Virus record (IMG/VR): IMGVR_UViG_3300025286_000007
Direction: 5' to 3' (one strand)
Length of the DNA stretch: 64,000 nucleotides
DNA from: an uncultured virus (IMG/VR IMGVR_UViG_3300025286_000007)
Lineage: Duplodnaviria; Heunggongvirae; Uroviricota; Caudoviricetes
In this document: piece after piece, positions 57,281 through 64,000 of the stretch
How the letters are laid out: the number at the start of each line of letters is the position of its first letter
Numbering within the stretch: position 1 is the stretch's first letter
Program-made: the position numbers and the translations under genes
The notes under the pieces: generated by a model
What the model saw: only the letters and a program-made list of their open reading frames with translations
The model's database searches: none
Told to the model about the DNA's origin: nothing

Positions 57281-57704
57281 GTATTGAGAGATAAGCTACT
57301 AGGCTAAGAACGTTATTAGAATAGTCGTAAAATCTAAACCTTGACGAAGGCAAGGATAAATGCTTACTCTCTAATAGCTAATACGTGAAAGCATAGCCTC
57401 CCTGCATAATCGAATATTATTTAGGTGCAGGGATAGGTTAGGGGGATGTATAGCTTGTGGATTGTATTATACCTATATCCATACTGATTTTACTACTGTT
57501 GTATCCAGTGTACCGTGCATACGTTGTATCACAAAGTACGAAGGACGGATAAATCTAGAACGCAGAACTGTTAATGTCTTAGGCAATTCTAGGTTCACGT
57601 TTACTTGCGTACCGCTTGTTGACCGTCAATCCGTCTGTATCCAGAGAGCCAGTATGAACAGTCCCTGTGCGGTTGTCAACCACAGGCTATGCATTCCCTG
57701 CTAA
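57281..57704 (+). ncRNA. Large structured non-coding RNA of unknown class
   Basis: 20-bp closing helix 57441-57460/57680-57699 with nested helices, plus two upstream hairpin domains. Confidence 0.65.
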
Positions 57705-57732
57705 TAAAATATAAAAGAGGAAACATCAACAC

Positions 57733-57987
57733 ATGGAAACTGAAGCAGTATTTATTGCACAGCCAAAGGGAACATGGACACACGACAACATTGTTATAGA
57801 GCATGATGGGTCTAGTGCCTACACAGTATATATTACATGGAAAGGTACTCAAGGGGGTTGGGAAGAGGCCAATACAACAGTCTGTAAAGTTCCACACCAG
57901 ATGGCTATGATATCCTTATTATCCGACCTAACTGGTAAGCGTCCTTTATTTACTACTCTTGCTGGTGAATCTATTTTATACCATTAG
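57733..57987 (+). CDS. Hypothetical protein, paralog of 39497-39781
   Basis: Shared motifs. Confidence 0.7.
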   Translation: METEAVFIAQPKGTWTHDNIVIEHDGSSAYTVYITWKGTQGGWEEANTTVCKVPHQMAMISLLSDLTGKRPLFTTLAGESILYH

Positions 57988-58003
57988 GAAAGAGGAAAGA
58001 GTA

Positions 58004-58192
58004 ATGGCTAGAAATGTAGAACATATCTGTGACATCAGGGATAAGTGGTGTCAAGAAGGAGCCAATCCTTATAGACATCCAGATCATAATAGTCATAAGG
58101 GTGGATGTATTTGTCCACTAGAAGAGGACGATTTGACGAATGTCATAAAATCTGCTAAACTTGAAGCAAGTCGAAAAATAATTAGATTGTAA
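58004..58192 (+). CDS. Small Cys/His-rich protein
   Basis: GAGG RBS before ATG 58004; 3' end overlaps a promoter. Confidence 0.5.
   Translation: MARNVEHICDIRDKWCQEGANPYRHPDHNSHKGGCICPLEEDDLTNVIKSAKLEASRKIIRL
58133..58161 (+). promoter_or_regulatory. Early sigma70-type promoter
   Basis: TTGACG-N17-TAAACT, then AAGTCGAAAAA. Confidence 0.65.
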
Positions 58193-58204
58193 AGGAGATT
58201 AACT

Positions 58205-58705
58205 ATGCCTAACTGGTGTCAGAATGAAGTAACTGTAACAGCAGATACTAAAGGGACATTACAGAATTTTATAAATTTTGTAAAAAGTTCGGATGTAGAG
58301 TTTTCTTTTCAGAGTATAATGCCCATGCCTTCTGAACTCACAGGTACTTGTTCTCCTGTGCAAATATGTACAGTGGAAGAATATCATGATTGGATTAGGA
58401 AACACCAACCTACATATGATTTTGAAGGTAGGCCCATTACTAAACAGATGAGTGTTAGATTCAAGAAACAGTATGGGACAGATAATTGGTACGATTGGTG
58501 TAATAATAATTGGGGAACTAAGTGGGACACAGCTTCTGTCTATGTAGACAAATTTGCTGATACAACAATACACTATAGTTTTGATACTGCTTGGTTGCCT
58601 CCTGTAGGAGTCTACTCAGCATTAGTAAAACTATTTCCTGATCTGCACTTTTCTTGGTTTTATAGAGAAGAGGGGATGGCAATTGCAGGATACTTACCTA
58701 ATTGA
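58205..58705 (+). CDS. DUF1281/YubB-like ferredoxin-fold protein
   Basis: MPNWC.N, WYDW..NNWGTKWD, FDTAW.PP. Confidence 0.8.
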   Translation: MPNWCQNEVTVTADTKGTLQNFINFVKSSDVEFSFQSIMPMPSELTGTCSPVQICTVEEYHDWIRKHQPTYDFEGRPITKQMSVRFKKQYGTDNWYDWCNNNWGTKWDTASVYVDKFADTTIHYSFDTAWLPPVGVYSALVKLFPDLHFSWFYREEGMAIAGYLPN

Positions 58706-58748
58706 CAAGCGAACTAAGTCGAGAGAAGTTGAAGTAGGAGAGTGAGAT

Positions 58749-58958
58749 ATGGCAAAGCACGAATGTAACTACTTGAGTAGCTGTTGTTATTATGGAGTAA
58801 TTTATGGCACAGAAATAGATTTTGATGAGAGTGGCGCATTTGGTGTTTGTAGTAGCTGTCATGACTATGTGCCTTTTTATGATGAAGGCCATTCCCCTTG
58901 GGATGATGATGTTTCTACAAAATCCTTTACGCCAGTTATAAATCATAATTATGATTAA
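58749..58958 (+). CDS. Small Cys-rich protein
   Basis: SCC...CSSC. Confidence 0.6.
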   Translation: MAKHECNYLSSCCYYGVIYGTEIDFDESGAFGVCSSCHDYVPFYDEGHSPWDDDVSTKSFTPVINHNYD

Positions 58959-59235
58959 TCCATCTAACATATTATGGACAGATTCTAATCAAACTATTCG
59001 TAAGTGGATAGACCAAAGAACTGGTTATGGTATGGAGCATGACCAATGGGCAGAAGACCACGGTATCCATGTAGGTTATTGTAATCGTCATAAGGTAAAG
59101 GTATGGGATGAAACTTGTGACGAATGTGAAAACGAAGATAATGGATGGTTGCTCTGTGGGGAATGTGAAGAGTATAGATATGAAGATGCTAGAGTAGAAG
59201 GTGGTCTGAAGTGCGGAGTGTGTGCTTATGGTTAA
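58951..59235 (+). CDS. Small Cys-rich zinc-binding protein
   Basis: C..H, CDEC, CGEC, CGVC. Confidence 0.6.
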   Translation: MINPSNILWTDSNQTIRKWIDQRTGYGMEHDQWAEDHGIHVGYCNRHKVKVWDETCDECENEDNGWLLCGECEEYRYEDARVEGGLKCGVCAYG

Positions 59236-59277
59236 GTTGATGATGTTGGAAAGTATAATTATTAGGAGAGGTATACT

Positions 59278-59553
59278 ATGACTAAAGAAGAGAATTTGGA
59301 AATAGCTGGAGAGTTTGCTTCCTCTATGAGAGGAAGGTTTATTATAGCCAAGGCATTACACTACGGTATACAGGAACTCGAAAAGGTTGAGGGGGTGCAT
59401 AAAGAAGTATCTGATATAGACGATATGCATTATCTAAAAGAGACTGTATTTAATTTTCCTGTAGAGGTACTAGCACCTAGAAAGGCTGCGTACCCTCGGA
59501 CTAAAAGTACACTAGAAGATTTGCGCTTATCGCAAAAAAGTGATAGACTTTAA
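59278..59553 (+). CDS. Hypothetical protein
   Basis: GAGG RBS. Confidence 0.65.
   Translation: MTKEENLEIAGEFASSMRGRFIIAKALHYGIQELEKVEGVHKEVSDIDDMHYLKETVFNFPVEVLAPRKAAYPRTKSTLEDLRLSQKSDRL
59521..59549 (+). promoter_or_regulatory. Early sigma70-type promoter
   Basis: TTGCGC-N17-TAGACT, then GAGTCGAAAAA. Confidence 0.55.
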
Positions 59554-59606
59554 GCGAGTCGAAAAATAACTCGTGACCTGAGCAGTAATTGCATTAGGAG
59601 TATATA

Positions 59607-59813
59607 ATGAAGTACGTTGTTTTAATGCCTGAGTATCATCTAGAGAAAGATTCAAAATGGAGTAGACGAGACTCTAAGAAGATCACTAAGAAACGGTTTA
59701 CTCCTGACAATAGAAGAAGTGTACGATGGCTCCTGAAAAAATCAGGGGAAGAAGCTAAAAGAATACAAAAAGCTAGAGAGCAAAAGGAGAAGGAGACATG
59801 GCAACAGAGTTGA
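59607..59813 (+). CDS. Basic hypothetical protein
   Basis: AGGAG RBS. Confidence 0.55.
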   Translation: MKYVVLMPEYHLEKDSKWSRRDSKKITKKRFTPDNRRSVRWLLKKSGEEAKRIQKAREQKEKETWQQS

Positions 59814-60142
59814 GCAGAAATGTGCTAGACCAAGCTCTTGTAGTTAGTGGACACCATTCTATAAATATTGGAGCGTATACTCAGGATATGCTTGGACAGT
59901 TAGATGGTGACCAGAGGAGGTGTTTAGGACTATTGGAAGCCATAGATTTTGGATGCTTTGAACGAACTTCAGCTAAAGACCCTAAAGGTATCTATTGCAT
60001 AGACTTAGGAATTAATACTACAGAGGATGTAGAGCAGTATCTTATAAAGCATATGACAACAGTGAATAGCTTACCTGTTGCTCCTTCTATGCTTGGCTTC
60101 TTCTCAGGAACCTTTGAGTTTTTATCTAACGGAGTTAAGTAA
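59798..60142 (+). CDS. Hypothetical protein
   Basis: AGGAG RBS. Confidence 0.6.
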   Translation: MATELSRNVLDQALVVSGHHSINIGAYTQDMLGQLDGDQRRCLGLLEAIDFGCFERTSAKDPKGIYCIDLGINTTEDVEQYLIKHMTTVNSLPVAPSMLGFFSGTFEFLSNGVK

Positions 60143-60585
60143 TGTCATTAAATTGGGATATAACAGCAGTACAAAATACTAAAGAATTATGTTGGTTTTC
60201 CTCTGAAGAGGAATCGGAAAAGGTAGAACTTCATCCTGTAACCCACACATTGATATGGGCTACAATGCTTATAGGTTTCAATAAGATCACAGGAAAGAAT
60301 TATAAAGACTTTTATCGTAGACTAATAGAGTTTGAAATTATTGTAGGGTATGGTATGCTTGATTATTTTGTAGATGGGAAAAGGGAAAGTAGGATGCCTT
60401 TTCTACAGGAAGTACAAAATCATATAGGTTTATTGACTAATGCTACTGTAATGGATAATAGAAAATGGACTAAAAATTTGGCTAGATTAGTTCATGAAAA
60501 GGCTGCCGATAGAATACGTTTTATGGCTGAACAAGAAACAGAGCAGACCAATGTAGAATCAGCCCTCTATAGGGTTGTTCTGTAA
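60142..60585 (+). CDS. Hypothetical phage protein
   Basis: MSLNWD..IT.KN..FY.R..HIGL.TN. Confidence 0.7.
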   Translation: MSLNWDITAVQNTKELCWFSSEEESEKVELHPVTHTLIWATMLIGFNKITGKNYKDFYRRLIEFEIIVGYGMLDYFVDGKRESRMPFLQEVQNHIGLLTNATVMDNRKWTKNLARLVHEKAADRIRFMAEQETEQTNVESALYRVVL

Positions 60586-60611
60586 GATGACAGTATAACT
60601 GCACTAGGGAT

Positions 60612-60640
60612 TTGACACCAACTTGTCGCCGTGGTAAACT
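60612..60640 (+). promoter_or_regulatory. Early sigma70-type promoter
   Basis: GGGAT-TTGACA-N17-TAAACT, then AAGTCGGAAAA. Confidence 0.75.
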
Positions 60641-60676
60641 TTAAGCAAGTCGGAAAACGAAGCAAAGGAGTGTACT

Positions 60677-60892
60677 ATGGTATCGAACAGCGACGTTATC
60701 CAAGCATGGCTCTCTGGGAGAGTCACCAAAGCTAGGCACTTATCTACTGATGGTTATAATCTTTATTCCTATGCTCTGTTGATTGGACAGGGTAGGGAAG
60801 TATATGATTATACTAGTAGAGGGTTGGGGTTCACATCTCAAACAACTAGTTGCCATGTTGGATTAGCAAAGGTAGGTATATCTAATGGCTAA
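60677..60892 (+). CDS. Hypothetical phage protein
   Basis: AAGGAG RBS; TDG..LYSY..LIG..S.TTS.H. Confidence 0.7.
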   Translation: MVSNSDVIQAWLSGRVTKARHLSTDGYNLYSYALLIGQGREVYDYTSRGLGFTSQTTSCHVGLAKVGISNG

Positions 60893-61499
60893 AGCAGAGA
60901 ATGTAGTCAAGGGTTCTTACCAGAATATAGTAGAGGCTTATAACAGGGCTTCAGCGGATAGTTTAGTTGAAGGGCAATACTGGTACACGGATGCTAATAA
61001 CATAGCAATGCAAGTAAGTAAACTGCTAGGCACTGAAGATATACGAGTAGGTGCAGGTATCTTAGCAGCCTTATCGCCTCAGACAGATTGGGGAGATAAT
61101 GTAGCTGAAGCATTGAAGTTTACTTCACTAGGCTACAGTACAAAGCAGACCAGTGCAAACAATGCAAAGGCTAAGAGGATTAGTGAAGGGGAAGACCCTG
61201 ACACTGTATTGGGTGGAAACAAAGTTGTTCCTTTCTACCATGCAATAGTAGAGCCTTATGGAAACTATCTACCTGTAGTAGACAGCCATGCTCAGACTAT
61301 ATATTATGGGAAGCCTGTTTCTAAGCGTGACAAAAGCAGAGCCTTTAGTAGTCCTAAAGTAATGAGAAGGATGCAGACTTCCTATAAACTAGCAAGCAAG
61401 AAACTTGGTGTACACTACAATGTAGTACAAGCAGTGACATGGGTACAGCATAGGAAAAATAAAGGCTATACTAAAGTGAGAGCATGGGAGGAACAATGA
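60885..61499 (+). CDS. Conserved phage protein with a possible HhH-glycosylase-like fold
   Basis: WY..A, AALSPQ..W..N, KV..FY..I, VVD.H, QAVTW. Confidence 0.55.
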   Translation: MAKAENVVKGSYQNIVEAYNRASADSLVEGQYWYTDANNIAMQVSKLLGTEDIRVGAGILAALSPQTDWGDNVAEALKFTSLGYSTKQTSANNAKAKRISEGEDPDTVLGGNKVVPFYHAIVEPYGNYLPVVDSHAQTIYYGKPVSKRDKSRAFSSPKVMRRMQTSYKLASKKLGVHYNVVQAVTWVQHRKNKGYTKVRAWEEQ

Positions 61500-61717
61500 G
61501 TACTAAAGAAAGTATGTATAATCGACCTAGTTATGTATACGTTATGTATAACAAACTGCTGACACATTCTGAATGTACTATAGAATTAGAGTCAACTATT
61601 CAGAGTAGTGCAATAGAGATTGCTAATTATGGCAATGGTGAAACTGTAGCTGTTGAGTGTGTGAAGTGTAATGAAGTAATTATAGACTTTGATAGACCTA
61701 TCTACGGAGGAGAGTAA
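61484..61717 (+). CDS. Hypothetical protein
   Basis: H...YG....VAVEC.KCNEV..D; likely start ATG 61496. Confidence 0.6.
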   Translation: MGGTMSTKESMYNRPSYVYVMYNKLLTHSECTIELESTIQSSAIEIANYGNGETVAVECVKCNEVIIDFDRPIYGGE

Positions 61718-61720
61718 CTA

Positions 61721-61930
61721 ATGGCAAGAGTACAGTATCAAGGATTACAGGAACTGTTCTCTCATGATGAGAGAGAAGATGTAGAATTTGCAATACTAAA
61801 TGCTTTACGGGAACAGGTAAATGTAACTACTACTGGTGATTTTGCTTATACGATTGATGTTTACTATGATAGTGAGGAGAGTACAGCAGAATCAGAGATT
61901 ACAGAAAAGAATCTTTCATGGTATCTGTAG
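61721..61930 (+). CDS. Acidic hypothetical protein
   Basis: GGAGGAG RBS. Confidence 0.6.
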   Translation: MARVQYQGLQELFSHDEREDVEFAILNALREQVNVTTTGDFAYTIDVYYDSEESTAESEITEKNLSWYL

Positions 61931-61937
61931 TAGGGAT

Positions 61938-61966
61938 TTGCCAAGCGATTTGTTTTGTGTTATGCT
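61938..61966 (+). promoter_or_regulatory. Early sigma70-type promoter
   Basis: GGGAT-TTGCCA-N17-TATGCT, then AAGTCGAAA. Confidence 0.65.
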
Positions 61967-61991
61967 TTAGCTAAGTCGAAACAAGTGAGGT

Positions 61992-62318
61992 ATGAAAATG
62001 AGCATATCCGTATATACACAATACATGGAGAACTATGGGGAAGCGGAAGGTGCTAACTACTGGAAGTTTAAGTTTGGAAGCAAGTATGTAGTAGAGGGAA
62101 CAGATGAAAGACCTGCCAATGCAGTAGCAACAGTAATGCACTACTTGGCAAGGTACAACACTAACCCTAACTATTCTATAGAGTATGTTCAAAGATGGGT
62201 TCATACTGCTGAGGAATATGGAGTAGACGATAATGATGATTTAGGACAGTACACTACACTACTGTACAATCGTTACTTTGATGATTCAAATGGTGCAAAA
62301 GTATTAGTTCCTGTTTAG
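61992..62318 (+). CDS. Conserved phage hypothetical protein
   Basis: TQYMENYG..YWKFKFG..Y. Confidence 0.7.
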   Translation: MKMSISVYTQYMENYGEAEGANYWKFKFGSKYVVEGTDERPANAVATVMHYLARYNTNPNYSIEYVQRWVHTAEEYGVDDNDDLGQYTTLLYNRYFDDSNGAKVLVPV

Positions 62319-62328
62319 TGCAGGGGAT

Positions 62329-62358
62329 TTGACAATAGTTTCGTTTTCATGTTATACT
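62329..62358 (+). promoter_or_regulatory. Early sigma70-type promoter
   Basis: GGGGAT-TTGACA-N18-TATACT. Confidence 0.75.
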
Positions 62359-62389
62359 TTTGAGGAAGTGAAAAAACGAAGGAGTTGTT

Positions 62390-62575
62390 ATGCTGTATGT
62401 GAATGGTAGTGATATTGATGAGGGGGAACTGCTAGAGTATTGGCATATGAGTAGAGCATTCAAAGTCAGTAGGTATGACAGAATGCTTTGGACAGCAGAG
62501 CGATACTCTAGTCGGTATTTTACAGTACCTAGTGTAAGAGTGTTCAAAGCATTGGATAGAGTCCTACAAGTATAG
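62390..62575 (+). CDS. Hypothetical protein
   Basis: AAGGAG RBS. Confidence 0.65.
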   Translation: MLYVNGSDIDEGELLEYWHMSRAFKVSRYDRMLWTAERYSSRYFTVPSVRVFKALDRVLQV

Positions 62576-62581
62576 AGGGAT

Positions 62582-62611
62582 TTGACACAAGTTTTGTTTT
62601 CGTGTTATACT
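62582..62611 (+). promoter_or_regulatory. Early sigma70-type promoter
   Basis: GGGAT-TTGACA-N18-TATACT. Confidence 0.75.
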
Positions 62612-62652
62612 ATTTGAAGTGAGGAAAAACGAATCACCAAGGAGATACTGAT

Positions 62653-62739
62653 ATGTGTAACTCATGTGGGATGGCCTACTCCTTCTATTTCAGAATCCAA
62701 TTCCATAAGCAAGACTGTCCTAGTCAGAAGGGGGGGTAA
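62653..62739 (+). CDS. 28-aa C2HC zinc-finger microprotein (not in the ORF track)
   Basis: AAGGAG RBS; MCNSCGMAYSFYFRIQFHKQDCPSQKGG = C-x2-C-x12-H-x3-C. Confidence 0.55.
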   Translation: MCNSCGMAYSFYFRIQFHKQDCPSQKGG

Positions 62740-62891
62740 TGGTAAACATATACAATGACTCTACAGGTGGAATTGCTACAGCCAAGTACAATGCAAAGTC
62801 AGTACAGAAAGCGATTGATAGAGATAAGACTATAGGAAGCAAGGAAGCGAAACTTATTCATGCCCTACTGAAGGGGTGGAGAAAAGAATGA
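62739..62891 (+). CDS. 50-aa small phage protein (not in the ORF track)
   Basis: TAATG coupling; YNAKSVQKAI...KEAKLIHALLKG. Confidence 0.6.
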   Translation: MVNIYNDSTGGIATAKYNAKSVQKAIDRDKTIGSKEAKLIHALLKGWRKE

Positions 62892-63049
62892 TATCTGAAC
62901 TGAAAGCATTCATAATAGAGTATCAAAAGTTCTATGACTTAGAGACTATAAAGGAAGCAAGGAAGTACATTAGGAAAGACCTAAAGTATATAGATGAACA
63001 GGAAATCAGAAGGAAGAAGTTATATTATAATCAAGACAGGAAAGAGTAA
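62888..63049 (+). CDS. 53-aa charged protein (not in the ORF track)
   Basis: ATGA overlap; GGAG RBS. Confidence 0.5.
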   Translation: MISELKAFIIEYQKFYDLETIKEARKYIRKDLKYIDEQEIRRKKLYYNQDRKE

Positions 63050-63173
63050 TAGCAGAACAGAACAGAGTATAACAGTACAGTAGAAATAGCTACTAGAGAT
63101 TTACAAAGATAAAAGAGTATAGTATATAACTATCACACACAGAGTAAGACAGTCTGTAAATGCTCTAGGAAAT

Positions 63174-63202
63174 TTGCTATTTGGTTTTAACGATGTTATA
63201 CT
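63174..63202 (+). promoter_or_regulatory. Early sigma70-type promoter
   Basis: TTGCTA-N17-TATACT, then AAGTCGAGAAAA. Confidence 0.65.
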
Positions 63203-63244
63203 TTTGGCAAGTCGAGAAAACGCCAAGCATAGAAGGAGTACAAC

Positions 63245-63718
63245 ATGAGTAGCTTTTGGGATAACATTCTCAAGTCTTACGAGACAGTAACAGATACTAT
63301 AGTGGTGAATGGTTGCGCTGTCGTAATTACATCGGACTTCTGGGCGAGTATAGGATTAGGTGTAGAGACTAAGCCTGTAAAGCAGAGCAAGCCTAAGGCA
63401 GTGAAGAAGACTGCTAAGAAGAGCAAAGCAGTAGCACAGGCTGAGAGAGTATACGAGACTATAGAGGGATTGGTAGTACCTGCAGAAGACTGTACGCACT
63501 ACTGGATAATACCTTCAGAGACTGCATGGGCTATAGGTGTATGCAAGAACTGTAGTGGAGAAAAGTGGTTCAGTAACAGATGGGATGAGCAGAGTATCTT
63601 CAATGCTACTCTAGTCCCACCCACAGTACAGACAGACTCTATTGCAGAGGACGCAGACATTCGAGATATTACGACAGTCTACAATGCAACACAGGACAGT
63701 ATAGAGGAGAGCGAATAA
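63245..63718 (+). CDS. Hypothetical protein with a C/H zinc motif
   Basis: AAGGAG RBS; CTHYW...CKNC. Confidence 0.7.
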   Translation: MSSFWDNILKSYETVTDTIVVNGCAVVITSDFWASIGLGVETKPVKQSKPKAVKKTAKKSKAVAQAERVYETIEGLVVPAEDCTHYWIIPSETAWAIGVCKNCSGEKWFSNRWDEQSIFNATLVPPTVQTDSIAEDADIRDITTVYNATQDSIEESE

Positions 63719-63925
63719 ATGAAACGCTATATAGTATCTGATAGACCTAGACTAGCACAGACAGGAGAGTATGTAAATATTGTGAGAAAGAGTAACAGAA
63801 AAGCAGTAAAGACTTGGAAGACAGTCTTGAAAGAGCATGTGAAGGGAAGAACCATAGCAGTACAGGAGAGAGCAATGCCTCTACCTGCAGAACTGATAAG
63901 GTGGGTACAGAGTATAACAGAGTAG
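63719..63925 (+). CDS. Hypothetical protein
   Basis: GAGGAG RBS. Confidence 0.55.
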   Translation: MKRYIVSDRPRLAQTGEYVNIVRKSNRKAVKTWKTVLKEHVKGRTIAVQERAMPLPAELIRWVQSITE

Positions 63926-64000
63926 GCCAATACCCTACAGAATAATGCAATACACTGCATAGCTCTACACTGTAGAGCATCACAGAGCAGGACAGACTCC

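Noticed and set aside
57441..57704. tmRNA, RNase P, SRP, self-splicing intron or retron identity for the structured RNA
   Set aside because: No T-arm/CCA end, no RNase P or SRP consensus, no recognisable intron core, and no reverse transcriptase in the window
57462..57704. 80-aa ORF in the ORF track
   Set aside because: TTG start, atypical composition, and it lies wholly within the paired RNA structure
1..64000. Genome-wide stop-codon reassignment (TAG or TGA)
   Set aside because: Only one internal TAG (thyX) and one internal TGA (glutaredoxin) were found; both codons end many genes cleanly and long ORFs are intact in code 11

Overview
The whole window reads as part of a large, AT-rich tailed dsDNA phage genome (Caudoviricetes, siphovirus-like tail), almost entirely on the + strand. 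Order: tail/neck module (1-12.6 kb); sigma factor plus replication and recombination genes (13.4-24 kb: DnaB-like helicase, primase, SSB, dCMP deaminase, PolA, RecA, Cas4-like and RuvC-like nucleases); terminase, class II RNR, portal, scaffold, major capsid protein and prohead protease interleaved with metabolic genes (24-47.5 kb); a four-gene minus-strand island (48-50.1 kb); and a dense region of small early-type genes with many host-type sigma70 promoters and a tRNA-Leu (50.2-64 kb). Highlights: (1) a 1166-aa topoisomerase IB + CCA-adding enzyme/HD fusion coupled to the portal gene, possibly a capsid-packaged, protease-processed polyprotein; (2) a selenocysteine (UGA, UxxC) glutaredoxin with a SECIS-like hairpin, missed by the ORF track; (3) a ~420-nt structured non-coding RNA preceded by a start-stop minigene; (4) two covarying pseudoknot RNAs behind a putative phage-sigma promoter (TAGTATAAT); (5) a HiPIP-like Fe-S domain inside the prohead protease, plus other Fe-S/redox genes; (6) thyX broken by one in-frame TAG; (7) a ~61-bp bipartite element repeated in inverted orientation 34.5 kb apart; (8) GATC/TTAA avoidance at the right end. 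A Chloroflexota (SAR202/Dehalococcoidia-like) host is an inference only. All calls come from motif recognition by eye; no database searches were run.
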